A DNA stretch of 64,000 bases, from NCBI GenBank assembly GCA_014727915.1, contig WJMO01000006.1, positions 130,137 to 194,136 on the forward strand, read 5' to 3'. Shown one piece after another: positions 1 to 9,294 of the stretch. The translations under genes were made by a program, and so were the position numbers. Every line of letters starts with the position of its first letter. Positions within the stretch are counted from its first letter, which is position 1. The DNA is from Candidatus Altiarchaeales archaeon (lineage in GTDB: Archaea > Altiarchaeota > Altiarchaeia > IMC4 > SCGC-AAA252-I15). Below the pieces are notes generated by a model. That model did not search any database. It was not told the DNA's origin and saw only the letters and a list, made by a program, of their open reading frames with translations.

Positions 1-39
1 TTTCTGTTTTTTATTCGGTTTTTCGTATATCCTACAGCC

Positions 40-1104
40 ATGAGGATAGAGCGCAAGGACCTGCGACACGGACTGGTGAGAGTGCGAAGCGAGAACCTGG
101 ACGACCTATGGTACCTCAGCCAGGTGATCGCGGTCGGAGACGGGGCGAGGAGCAAGACCCAACGCAGGATCAAGGACAAGGAAGACAAAAGATCGTCGGG
201 GGGGGAGAGAAGGACCATAACCCTCTCTATCAAAGTCGATAGGAAGGAGTTCAAATCAGAGACCAAAGTCCTGCGCATAGGAGGAGAGATAACAGACGGT
301 CCGGAAGACCTGGTGAGCATCGGCAGCCACCACACCTTCAACATAGAACCGGGAGACACCATAAGCATAAGGAAGGAAAAATGGGGTAAGACAGACCTGG
401 ACAGGTTGGAAGACGCGGTGAAGAGCACCCACCGGCCGAAGATACTCGTGGTCTCACTGGACGAGGGCGACGCAGCCGTAGGGTTGGTGAGGGAATCCAG
501 GATAGACCACTACGAGCTGGGCGGAAACATAGGAGGAAAATACGACATCAAAGGCCGGGAAGCGAGGAAGCACGAGTTCTACAGGGAGCTGACCCAGATG
601 CTCAGGAACATTATGGAGAAGGAGAACGTCTCCCACATAATACTTTCAGGTCCAGGGTTCGAGAAGAACAACTACCAAAGATTCCTGAGGGAGAACTACG
701 GGGACATGCAGGGCAAATGCATCGTCGAAGACACCGGCAGCTCAGGAAGGAACGGAATACACGAGGTCCTGAAGAGAGAGGTCATACACAAGACATTGGA
801 GGAAGTGAATTCCGTCCAGGACCTCCGCCTTGTGGAAGACATACTGAAGAACATCGCCAAGGACACTGGACTGTCAGCCTACGGGTTCGGGGAAGTAGCC
901 GACGCGGTCAACGCGGGAGCCGTGGAAACACTGCTTGTCACGGACGGTCTCTTCTTCAGCAGAAGGGAGGAGACTGAGCCGCTGATGAGCTCCGTGAGAA
1001 AGGTGAGGGGGAGGGTGCACATAATAAACAGCGAAGGAGAAGCAGGGCAGAAGCTAGACTCTCTTGGCGGGGCAGCCGCCAAACTAAGATACGCTATCAG
1101 CTAG
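40..1104 (+). CDS. pelA: Pelota/Dom34-like mRNA surveillance factor (eRF1-fold)
   Basis: 354-aa ORF with eRF1-like three-domain composition typical of archaeal pelota; A/T-rich TATA-like box just upstream. Confidence 0.8.
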   Translation: MRIERKDLRHGLVRVRSENLDDLWYLSQVIAVGDGARSKTQRRIKDKEDKRSSGGERRTITLSIKVDRKEFKSETKVLRIGGEITDGPEDLVSIGSHHTFNIEPGDTISIRKEKWGKTDLDRLEDAVKSTHRPKILVVSLDEGDAAVGLVRESRIDHYELGGNIGGKYDIKGREARKHEFYRELTQMLRNIMEKENVSHIILSGPGFEKNNYQRFLRENYGDMQGKCIVEDTGSSGRNGIHEVLKREVIHKTLEEVNSVQDLRLVEDILKNIAKDTGLSAYGFGEVADAVNAGAVETLLVTDGLFFSRREETEPLMSSVRKVRGRVHIINSEGEAGQKLDSLGGAAAKLRYAIS

Positions 1105-1409
1105 CGCTTCCTGCGCTTGCCCTTTCCACTGTCGCTGTCCGCCCAGACCGCCGAGGCATCATGGCTGTCCACGTAATGCTGGCGCCTCATGCTCTCCCGC
1201 TGGTCCTCGTACTCGTCCTTTCCAGGCTGGGATATGTTCATGAACAACTCTTCCTCCTGGTCTTTGCGCCAGTTCATCCGGTCAGCGTGGCGGGACGCAT
1301 CCTTGGAGATGGTCCTCCTGCAACTGTCACATACCGACTGGCCAGGCTTGAAAACGGGCTTTCCGCATCTGCCACAGTTCATCTTAGACAAACAATAGTA
1401 AAGCAGCAA
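1101..1409 (-). CDS. Small zinc-ribbon protein (CxxC...CxxC), acidic/basic tail
   Basis: 102-aa ORF with CGRCG...CDSC motif; converges on pelota stop. Confidence 0.4.
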   Translation of the reverse strand: MLLYYCLSKMNCGRCGKPVFKPGQSVCDSCRRTISKDASRHADRMNWRKDQEEELFMNISQPGKDEYEDQRESMRRQHYVDSHDASAVWADSDSGKGKRRKR

Positions 1410-1424
1410 ATAAAAGACAGCCTC

Positions 1425-3365
1425 TCAGACTCCGGCCCCGGAGAAACCGCCAACCAACCTCCGGTAACGGCCTGAAACCGTTTCAAACAGGTCTTTTAGG
1501 AACGACTCGTGTATGAACCAGACTATCAAGGCGGCGAGGACCAGATTCCAGTAGGGCCCCTTACCGGGCGTCTGAAGGTTGAAGGTAGTGAACACCGTCA
1601 AAGCCAGGAAGAACGCTATCGGAACGCTGCTCCTCTTCCGGGTGAAGTAGTATATGAGTATGAAAGGCATGCACCAGGTCAGCTCCTGCTGGTAGATGGC
1701 AGGCATGACAAGCATGAAAGCGGAGAAGCTGAAGGCAAGGTAGGAGTACGCATCTGGGCGGAGAAAAAACCCGACAGCCAGGCAGGCTATCCCGAACAGC
1801 ACGAACATCAGGGGGACGATTACTTCGTGTTGCATTATTGAAAAGCCCAGAGTCTCTCGAATGCCATCCAGGTAAACATACCATGAGTGCTCGTAGAAAC
1901 GTATCCTAACATGGTTGACCACGGTGTTGCCAAAAAACCCGGAAGGGTTGGAGAGGATGAAGGGCGAAAGGACCAACGCGAGCAGGACCATAGATGCCAT
2001 TAGCTGCCTTGCCTTACGGTTCGTGAGCATCCAGGGAACGAGAACTAGCGGTGCGTGCTTGACACCCACCGAAATCACATAGTATAATGCGAATCGTTTC
2101 CTGCCGAGATTCCTCAAAGCGAGCAGCAAGAAGAAAAGGAACACGGAATCGAACTTGCCCACGACCGCCGAGTGCACTATTATGAACGGGTTAAAAACCC
2201 AGAGGCTTGAGGCCAATAGGGATTCCTTGCGGTTCCTAGTCATACTGTAAACCTGGTCCCATATGAGCAGCCCGACAAGCAGGTCAGCCACTATTGAGAC
2301 CATCTTGGACATGAAGACCGTTGCGAATTCCGTCTCGCCGAAGACCAGCAGGTTTATGATGAAGGGCACCACCAGAAGGGGGGGTTTGCCTATGTTATGC
2401 GTCTTCCAAGTGTGGAAGTTATACTTGTTACCTATGGTATCGCCGTTGAGGATGTTGCGGGCGAGGCCAACGTAGTCTCGTGTGTCGACGTCCAAGGACA
2501 TGTTAGCATGCTCGACCCGGACTAGCAGCCCCAACAACAACATTATTACTAGTATGCTGTTCTTCTGGAGGGAGATGTCCGACCATCCTATGAAGGACAT
2601 GACCTTCCTTCGGAACACCATTATGAAGGCGGAGAAAGCGAGGAATAGGAACAGGAGGGATAAAGGGGAAACCTGCAGGTTCGCCAACATTGAAGCGCCG
2701 ATAGTCTGGTGCCTGTTCAACCTGTCTGACAGTGACATGTAGGAGAGGAAGAGCAGGAAAACCATGAAGGCGAGCTCCAGCCTCCGGACGCCCGGGAGGA
2801 ACTCCAGCAGACCCAACACCAAAACCGTGACTATGGCGATGAAGACCAGGCTTTGAAGGTTCAAGACGCATCCGAGGGAGGAGGGGTTAACGCGCAATCC
2901 CATGGTGCCACCGCCGGAGTTGACCATCTTCAACGCCAGGAGGTAAGGTGGTTCCTCCTTTGAGGGGGGTATCTTTATCCTCAATCCCCCGCAGTGGGTG
3001 CATGATCCGCAGTTTTCCCTCCGGTATATGAGCTGCTCGTTGGAGTAAGCCGATGCTATGCAATCGTCCGCCCGGTCTATTATGAAGCTCATCTCAGGAA
3101 GCGAGTCAACCCACATCCTAATGTACCGTGTGTCGGTGCCCTCCCACTCGACAAGCCGGCACATCTCCTGGGGACTGTAGACCTCCCAGTCACGGTCGTC
3201 AAAGCCGAGCCTTTGCCAGCCGTCAGAGTATTCGGAGGATATCTTAACCGGGTAGTTGTTGCTGGATCCGGGAAGCAACACGTACATGTAAGCCAGAAGA
3301 CAGACTGCCGCGCCAAGGAAAACCAGCAAGTAAACGGAAGGCCTGCCCTTCTCAACCGAATCCAT
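1425..3365 (-). CDS. Large polytopic membrane protein, function unknown (possible GT-C-type glycosyltransferase)
   Basis: 646-aa ORF; N-terminal TM, soluble Cys-containing segment (CGSCTHCGG), then many hydrophobic helices. Confidence 0.55.
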   Translation of the reverse strand: MDSVEKGRPSVYLLVFLGAAVCLLAYMYVLLPGSSNNYPVKISSEYSDGWQRLGFDDRDWEVYSPQEMCRLVEWEGTDTRYIRMWVDSLPEMSFIIDRADDCIASAYSNEQLIYRRENCGSCTHCGGLRIKIPPSKEEPPYLLALKMVNSGGGTMGLRVNPSSLGCVLNLQSLVFIAIVTVLVLGLLEFLPGVRRLELAFMVFLLFLSYMSLSDRLNRHQTIGASMLANLQVSPLSLLFLFLAFSAFIMVFRRKVMSFIGWSDISLQKNSILVIMLLLGLLVRVEHANMSLDVDTRDYVGLARNILNGDTIGNKYNFHTWKTHNIGKPPLLVVPFIINLLVFGETEFATVFMSKMVSIVADLLVGLLIWDQVYSMTRNRKESLLASSLWVFNPFIIVHSAVVGKFDSVFLFFLLLALRNLGRKRFALYYVISVGVKHAPLVLVPWMLTNRKARQLMASMVLLALVLSPFILSNPSGFFGNTVVNHVRIRFYEHSWYVYLDGIRETLGFSIMQHEVIVPLMFVLFGIACLAVGFFLRPDAYSYLAFSFSAFMLVMPAIYQQELTWCMPFILIYYFTRKRSSVPIAFFLALTVFTTFNLQTPGKGPYWNLVLAALIVWFIHESFLKDLFETVSGRYRRLVGGFSGAGV

Positions 3366-3552
3366 CTTACACCCAAAAAAAACCTAGTCCCCCGTAAATT
3401 TCAAAGATATTACATAAAAACAGTTAAAAACACGGGAGGAGAATCTGGAGGCGCATGTAGGACTGGGAGAACTTGCGATAGTAGTTGCGTCTATTGCAAT
3501 AATATTTTCGGGGTAATCAGGAATAATTTAGGGCTGAGAGGAGTAGACCCCT

Positions 3553-3574
3553 GCGGTTTAGCCCCAGGCGAGAA
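3553..3574 (-). repeat. 22-bp near-duplicate of the tRNA-Thr 3' end (T-loop to acceptor plus 6 nt downstream)
   Basis: ATTCTCGCCTGgGGCTAAACcG versus ATTCTCGCCTGaGGCTAAACaG at 3640-3661; 2 mismatches, 87 bp apart. Confidence 0.5.
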
Positions 3575-3646
3575 TCCCGCTCGTCTACCGACTCGCTTAT
3601 CCTCGCTTGGCGGACGACCCACCAGCTTGTCGGACAGTGCCTGTTT

Positions 3647-3793
3647 AGCCTCAGGCGAGAATTGAACTCGCGACCTTTGCCTGTTTGGGACCTTACGGAT
3701 TTTATGCTTCTTTCTTTCCGTGGACGCTTTCTTTCTTCGCGAGAAAGAAAGGGCCCTACCAAGGCAACGCTCTACCGACTGAGCTACTGAGGC
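3647..3793 (-). tRNA. tRNA-Thr (anticodon GGU) with ~74-nt intron at canonical 37/38 position
   Basis: Minus strand reads GCCTCAG-TA-GCTC-AGTCGGTA-GAGC-G-TTGCC-TTGGTA[intron]A-GGCAA-AGGTC-GCGAG-TTCAATT-CTCGC-CTGAGGC-T; all four stems pair; intron contains perfect hairpin CTTTCTTTCTCGCGAAGAAAGAAAG. Confidence 0.65.
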
Positions 3794-3887
3794 ATGCGAC
3801 TTTTGTTTTTCATCCCATCTTTGCCAGATGTTCATTTTTGGTGGATTTTCCATATTTGTAGGGTTTTATCGTTTATATTTGGTTTTT

Positions 3888-4778
3888 TCAGGGGTGGGTG
3901 ATGAATTGTATGCTTATGCCCAGTAGGAAGGCCAATATGGAGAGTGTCATGGTGAACACTAGGATTCGCTGGTTCACGTTGGGTTCTGTCCGGAAGCTGG
4001 CGAGTATTATGAAGTCTGTTACGACTATGACTATCCCATACAACAGTTCGTTGAATCCTACTGTGGGCGATAGTATGGGGGTTAGGCTTAGTGCTACTGC
4101 CGTGGCGGCTGCCAGGAAGGCCGCTCCCTTAGCCTTTTTCACCCCGTATTTTATGGGAAGGGTGGTGCTGTATGCTTTTTTGTCGCCTTCCAGGTCTTCG
4201 ATGTCCTTCACCACTTCCCTGGAGAGAGTGAGTGCGAAAGCGCATGAAGCGAGTATGACCGCGAGTTTCACGCCGTCGGGGTTCACCCAAACCCCGGGGG
4301 TCTGGGCTGAGGCAGCACCGTATATGAAAACCGAAGCCACAAGATAGCTGATTATAAGGTTGGAGGCCAGCAGGAGTCTTTTGCTGTATACAGCGTAGAC
4401 TATCAAGACGGAAGTGTTGAAAAACGCTATTAGAAAGCATATTGTGTTTATGGACTTTGCAACGCCCAACCCGATTAGGAACATTGCGAACGCCAGCATT
4501 AGCGCGTCGCTCTTGCTTATCCTGTTGGAGGGTAGGGGACGCGAGGGTTTGTTAACCTTGTCTATATCATAGTCGAAGTAGTCGTTCAACGCGTTCCCAC
4601 CTCCCAGTATCAGGGCTGCGGACACCGCGGCTGCTAGGACGTTCCACTGAGGTATCGGAGCCCCCGAAGCGAATACCACCGCTCCCAGGTATACGCCCGA
4701 GAAAGCTATCACCGCGTTTCTGAGGCGTATGAGGTCTAAAAGAGTCTTCAGACGACCTAGGAATCCGTTCAGTTTCAC
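3888..4778 (-). CDS. UbiA-family prenyltransferase, probably digeranylgeranylglyceryl phosphate synthase
   Basis: 296 aa, multi-TM; NALNDYFDYDIDKVNKPSRPLP (NDxxDxxxD) motif. Confidence 0.7.
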   Translation of the reverse strand: MKLNGFLGRLKTLLDLIRLRNAVIAFSGVYLGAVVFASGAPIPQWNVLAAAVSAALILGGGNALNDYFDYDIDKVNKPSRPLPSNRISKSDALMLAFAMFLIGLGVAKSINTICFLIAFFNTSVLIVYAVYSKRLLLASNLIISYLVASVFIYGAASAQTPGVWVNPDGVKLAVILASCAFALTLSREVVKDIEDLEGDKKAYSTTLPIKYGVKKAKGAAFLAAATAVALSLTPILSPTVGFNELLYGIVIVVTDFIILASFRTEPNVNQRILVFTMTLSILAFLLGISIQFITHP

Positions 4779-4829
4779 AGCCGATCCTCCTCTTTATCTA
4801 TCTCATACGATAAATAAAAAAGGCCTTTT

Positions 4830-5420
4830 TCAGCGGTCTTCAGCCGCCTTTTTTATCTTTGCAGCAACCTCGGGTTTTATCCCTGGCACCTGGGCGAGTT
4901 CCTCCAAGTGCATCCTCCTTATCTCGTCCACGCCCCTGACGCCCGCATCCCATAGTGCCTTTGAATTCTTCTCGTCCAAGCCCATTTCACTGTACTGTCC
5001 TAAGACTTCCTCAAGGGTTTCGCCCTCTTTCCTGCCTGAGCGGTAGTTGGCTATGGCCTTGTGAAGGGCGTCCGCTGCCAGGTTGCTGCAGTGAACCTTG
5101 TTGGGTGGCAGGCCGTCCAATGCTTCCACAACAGAATCCCGGGATATTTTAAGCGCCTCGTCGAGGGTCTTTCCCTTGGCCAGTTCGGTTGTCATGCTGG
5201 AGGTGGCTATGGCGGCCGCACAACCCATGGTCTTGAACCCTATGTCAGATATGCGGTCTCCAGCCACCTTTAGGAATATCTCCATGACATCCCCGCAGAC
5301 GGGGTTCCCGACCCGGCCCACCGCGTCCGCGCCTTTCACAGCACCCATGTTCCGAGGGTTTGTGAAGTGGTCCATTACGGTTTCAGAATACATTTTAAGA
5401 GGGTGAAATATAGGGCACAT
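4830..5420 (-). CDS. iscU: IscU/NifU-like Fe-S scaffold with C-terminal helix-hairpin-helix extension
   Basis: IscU-type N-terminus (start may be the second ATG at 5393); C-terminal ~60 aa with HhH-like GIKPEVAAKI; TATA-like box ~30 nt upstream. Confidence 0.7.
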   Translation of the reverse strand: MCPIFHPLKMYSETVMDHFTNPRNMGAVKGADAVGRVGNPVCGDVMEIFLKVAGDRISDIGFKTMGCAAAIATSSMTTELAKGKTLDEALKISRDSVVEALDGLPPNKVHCSNLAADALHKAIANYRSGRKEGETLEEVLGQYSEMGLDEKNSKALWDAGVRGVDEIRRMHLEELAQVPGIKPEVAAKIKKAAEDR

Positions 5421-5488
5421 GTCATATATTAACTTAGCGGTCGTCGTGGGCGGCCAGTATAAAAACCGTGCGCGTCTAATATGGTAGT

Positions 5489-6349
5489 ATGAGGCGGGTG
5501 CCGTTCCTTGTGTTGTTGTTGGTTGCGGGTTCTGCTTCAGCCCAGCTTAACGGAAACTACAACATAGTCCTGGAGGAGAACGGCAACTCTCTCGTCACCC
5601 TTGTGATAAATGGGGTTGGCACCATAAACATCCCCCTGCCCTTGGATGTGCGAAGCCCCGCAGTCAGGGACGCTTTGTACGTGCGCGCGAGCAACGGAGT
5701 TGAGGTGAGCATAGACGCTGATGGCCAGTCCACTATCGTCTACAAGACCGCTCTGCTGACCTCAAGGGAGGGTGGCAGGTGGCGTTACATGATGGAACTG
5801 CCCCCATTGGAATCTGCCACGGTCGTTGTTTATGTGCCGGAGACCGCAGTCATAGCCGAGACCAGCCCGCCTGCGGCCATAAGCCATGTTGGGGAGTCCA
5901 AGAGCATGATCTGGAACCTCAAACCCGTTAATGACTCGGCCATAGTGGCCGAGTACTCGTTCTCCGGGTCCGCGGGACATATGACAGAAGAGGGTGGAGG
6001 CAGGGGGTTGGATCTGAAATATGTGCTGGCTGTGGTTTTAGCCCCCCTGGCCGCGACCGCTGTGATAATCTATCTTGTAAGGCGCAGGCAGAGGGGAGAG
6101 GGGTTGGTCCTAAGCGGTGGAAAGCAAAATGTGCTGAAGACGCTGACGGGGAACGAGATGAAGATAGTCAGCCTACTGCTCCAGAACATGGGGGGTATGC
6201 AGAGGAACAAGCTGGAGAAAACGTCGGGCATACCGAAGTCCAGCCTTGCCTCGTCCCTCTACAACCTCGAGCAGAGGAAGATCATAAGGGTCGACAAGAG
6301 TTATGCGGTCCACTATGTCGAGCTGACCGAGTGGTTCAAGAGCCTCTAA
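5489..6349 (+). CDS. Membrane-anchored winged-helix transcriptional regulator with extracytoplasmic domain
   Basis: Signal peptide, ~180-aa external domain, one TM, C-terminal wHTH (KSSLASSLYNLEQRKIIRVD); paralogs at 32398, 42876, 55295. Confidence 0.6.
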   Translation: MRRVPFLVLLLVAGSASAQLNGNYNIVLEENGNSLVTLVINGVGTINIPLPLDVRSPAVRDALYVRASNGVEVSIDADGQSTIVYKTALLTSREGGRWRYMMELPPLESATVVVYVPETAVIAETSPPAAISHVGESKSMIWNLKPVNDSAIVAEYSFSGSAGHMTEEGGGRGLDLKYVLAVVLAPLAATAVIIYLVRRRQRGEGLVLSGGKQNVLKTLTGNEMKIVSLLLQNMGGMQRNKLEKTSGIPKSSLASSLYNLEQRKIIRVDKSYAVHYVELTEWFKSL

Positions 6350-6842
6350 AAAAGGAAACGCCTGTTCCATACTGTTCGGTACTGTTCTATGCCGTCTTTA
6401 TAGCCTGTTCATGCGATTTAATCCTGTGCCAAACACCAGTCCATCACCAAAGGAGCCAACCACTCGGGGGGTGGTTGGGGACAGACTTTGGGGGGGTGAA
6501 GCAAAAAAGTCCGCACCTCCGATGAGAGGGGGTGCGGCAACCCTCAAAACCAAAAAAAAACTTGCGAGGTGAGGCAGATGAGCGCTTGCGTATCCAGCAT
6601 AGGACGCCAGTGGTATGTGGTGTCTGACGGGAGGGCGAAGGCCTTCAGGGACAGGTGGAATGCCATGTTCGAGGCTTGCATAATGAACAGGAGATGAAGG
6701 ACAGCATGAGATTGTGCGATTCCCTTTATAGGATGGGGGGCGGACGGGGAAGGCCGTGCAGGGGTGATAGGAATGCCGCGAGGATACAGGGGGAGATGCA
6801 CAGGATTATGTGCTCGATCATCTTCAAATCGTGATTTAATAG

Positions 6843-7919
6843 TTGAAGACGATTAGTGTTAAGATGCTTTACGGGATATCAACGGCGGTTAAGGCTTTGA
6901 AGTCTTCCTTTATCGTGTTGGCCGCGGCCGCGATCATGCTGGGTGTTCTGTGGGTGGCTTACCCAAACCTAAGGCCTGAGAGCCTGGATTTGAGGGTTAA
7001 CGAGGTTCTGACGGACCCTGGGAGCCTTGGGTGGGATGATGGTTTCATAGAGTTGCACAACACCGGAGATTCCAAGTTAAGCCTGGAGGGTTGGAGCGTG
7101 CGCACGGAGTCGGGTTCGATCAACCTCTTTGGGCATATCGAACCAGGAGGTTATAGGGCGGTCTATGGTGGTCTTTTCTCGGGGGATGTTGAGACTGTCT
7201 CTCTGGTGGACCCACGGGGCAGGGTGGCGGACAGGTACTCCCGTGTGGGGGGGTTGGAAGCTGTTTCAGTCGGCAGAAGCCCTGATGGTATGGGTTCGTG
7301 GACGGGTTTCGTCAACCCCACGCCAGGGGCTCCCAACACGGTGGTTGAGAAGACGCCGACCACGTTGGATACGCTTCCGAAGGTGGAGGTTCCCGATTGC
7401 ATGGAAGAGGAGTACGAGGCCGTCAGGGCTGACACGGCAGAGGAAGGTTTTGGGTCGGTTGATTTCTGCAGGGCATTCGAGGAGGAGATGAGTGATTTGA
7501 ACCCCTACGTCCTACGCAGGATAAACGAGATATCTGACGAGGAGATCAGGGAGGCTATTGCCTTAGGGGTGGCCGAACGGGCTGTCGCAAGAGAGCGGGA
7601 GGAAAGAATCGTGGGTTTGGTCGTGTCGGACGCCGAGCTCATGGACAGCATAAGAGGGCTGATAGGCGATGACCTCTACTCTCTGGGATTGGATGGGGAG
7701 CTCGCCAAGATGAACGGCAGGTTCAAGAGAATGCTGTTCGACATCATACTAAACGGTACCGGCGGCGAGAGAAGGGAGATGAGACTGCAGCTGAAGTACT
7801 ACCTTGAGTCCAGGGAGTCAGGAGGGAGAAAAACGCTGAAGTTCCGACCTGACGAGGTTAGGGTCATGTTATCCGATGGCAGGAGCCTGCAGGAGATTCT
7901 CGTCGAATTGGAGGTTTGA
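6843..7919 (+). CDS. Membrane-anchored lamin-tail-domain (LTD) protein
   Basis: N-terminal TM then LRVNEVLTDPG...GFIELHNTGDSKLSLEGWSV resembling the LTD signature; acidic C-terminal region. Confidence 0.5.
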   Translation: MKTISVKMLYGISTAVKALKSSFIVLAAAAIMLGVLWVAYPNLRPESLDLRVNEVLTDPGSLGWDDGFIELHNTGDSKLSLEGWSVRTESGSINLFGHIEPGGYRAVYGGLFSGDVETVSLVDPRGRVADRYSRVGGLEAVSVGRSPDGMGSWTGFVNPTPGAPNTVVEKTPTTLDTLPKVEVPDCMEEEYEAVRADTAEEGFGSVDFCRAFEEEMSDLNPYVLRRINEISDEEIREAIALGVAERAVAREREERIVGLVVSDAELMDSIRGLIGDDLYSLGLDGELAKMNGRFKRMLFDIILNGTGGERREMRLQLKYYLESRESGGRKTLKFRPDEVRVMLSDGRSLQEILVELEV

Positions 7920-7920
7920 T

Positions 7921-8172
7921 ATGAAGTCCGCTTTAGACTCTGCCGTTGTGACTGTCAAAGTGTTCGTTCTGTTATGCCTGTTCCCTGCGTTGTTGATGGT
8001 CAGGAAGGCATATCCTATGATTAGGTGGGATGTTGCGGTTCCCATGGTTTCGTACACACTACTCGTCTTCACAGTGATGGTCCTGTTCCTGCCGGCTGCG
8101 ATGCTGGCGTGCATGTACATTCTCTACGGTATCGGAAGGGAAAGCAAGCCCGTTAATAAAGTTGACGTGTAA
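7921..8172 (+). CDS. Small membrane protein (2 TM), hypothetical
   Basis: ATG at 7921 directly after upstream stop; hydrophobic helices; track ORF 7876 starts too early. Confidence 0.35.
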   Translation: MKSALDSAVVTVKVFVLLCLFPALLMVRKAYPMIRWDVAVPMVSYTLLVFTVMVLFLPAAMLACMYILYGIGRESKPVNKVDV

Positions 8173-8181
8173 TATTTCGCA

Positions 8182-8682
8182 ATGGAGATAAGCCAGGCCT
8201 CCGAGGAGGACAGGAGAGGAATCTACAGGCTGTATGAGCAGTTCAACCAGGACCGGGAGGAATCAGGGGCTGGGAGGCTTGGTTTCAAGTATTTGGACGG
8301 TGATTCGCCGTGGGCGGAGGAGCTCACAGACGACGAGTGCGTAACACTAGTGGCAAGGGAGAAGAACATCGTCTTAGGATTCATAACCATAAGGATACCC
8401 AGGTTCAACCCGTTCAGGAAGATAAAAAAGCTGGGGGAGGTCGACTTGATAGTGGTTGAGAGAAAGCTCAGGCGCAGGTCGATCGGGACCAACCTGTTCA
8501 AAAAGGCAGTCAAGTTACTGAAGGGAAAGCATGTCTCCCATGTGCTTTTGAACGTTAAGGTGGGGAACAAGGCCGCGCATTCTTTCTGGAAGAAGATGAA
8601 GTTCAAACCCATGACAGAGTCCATCTATGAGAGGAAGGACGGCGTCGAGGAGGGCCTGATATACATGATCAAGAAGATATAA
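8182..8682 (+). CDS. GNAT-family N-acetyltransferase
   Basis: 166 aa; acetyl-CoA-binding-like motif RRRSIGTNLFKKAV and GNAT-like layout. Confidence 0.65.
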   Translation: MEISQASEEDRRGIYRLYEQFNQDREESGAGRLGFKYLDGDSPWAEELTDDECVTLVAREKNIVLGFITIRIPRFNPFRKIKKLGEVDLIVVERKLRRRSIGTNLFKKAVKLLKGKHVSHVLLNVKVGNKAAHSFWKKMKFKPMTESIYERKDGVEEGLIYMIKKI

Positions 8683-8706
8683 AAAAAAGTGTTTTGGGGT
8701 GTTTTT

Positions 8707-8892
8707 TCAGGTTTCTTCCTTTTTTCGCGGCCTATGCAGTATTATCTTCCCGTTCACGGGTACTGCGTCGACTAGCACTGTTACGGTGCCGTTTCCGTCG
8801 AATGCCACCCCAATGTTCGTCCATCTGTCTTTTCCTGTTTCAGGGTCTGTCACAACCGTGCTAGCCCTCCAGTCAGGTGTCTGTCCTTTCAT
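8707..8892 (-). CDS. Hypothetical small protein
   Basis: 61-aa ORF with non-repetitive composition; could be co-transcribed with 8955..9254. Confidence 0.3.
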   Translation of the reverse strand: MKGQTPDWRASTVVTDPETGKDRWTNIGVAFDGNGTVTVLVDAVPVNGKIILHRPRKKEET

Positions 8893-8954
8893 TTTCTAAA
8901 AGACAATTCACTAGATGCGGAAAAAAAGAGGGGCCTAGAGCAGTGGAAAAGTTA

Positions 8955-9254
8955 TTAGTGGTGTTCTTCCCCTTGGTAGTCGGGATGGTGTTCTCCCCAG
9001 TATTCCTTCTCCCATTCCTCGTGTTCAGCCTCCCTTTGCTCCTTCTCCTCCACAGCCTTCTGAAAAGCCTCCGAGTCGGACAGGCCAGAAGTAAAGTCCA
9101 TGGCAGCACCGTGGAACACCAGCATCGCCACCAGCAAAACCAGGAATATCCCCGCGGCTATGGACAGTGATATCAAACCCAGCGCCAGCGCCAACATTAC
9201 CCCGACCGAAGTCGCCAAAACGGCCACGATAGAGACTCCAAGCTTGGATGCCAT
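8955..9254 (-). CDS. Small membrane protein with acidic His-rich tail
   Basis: 99 aa, two predicted TM helices, C-terminal EHEEWEKEYWGEHHPDYQGEEHH. Confidence 0.4.
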   Translation of the reverse strand: MASKLGVSIVAVLATSVGVMLALALGLISLSIAAGIFLVLLVAMLVFHGAAMDFTSGLSDSEAFQKAVEEKEQREAEHEEWEKEYWGEHHPDYQGEEHH

Positions 9255-9294
9255 GTAAGGATATTGTATTGAAGTAATAAGTAGGTTTTTAGTG

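Noticed and set aside
3213-3853. Track ORFs 3213..3665(+), 3491..3853(-) and 3517..3762(-)
   Set aside because: They overlap the tRNA-Thr gene and its intron hairpin; low-complexity translations; no independent support.
6331-6801. Track ORFs 6331..6525(+) and 6544..6801(-) in the long intergenic gap
   Set aside because: Pro/His-rich, implausible composition and no start context; the region is better explained as non-coding (possible ncRNA).
6350-6842. Specific call of RNase P RNA or SRP RNA
   Set aside because: Only partial resemblance to consensus (AAAGUCCGCAC versus AAAGUCCGGGC; GAAGGACAGCA versus the helix-8 GGAAGCAGC-type motif), which is insufficient without a covariance-model search.
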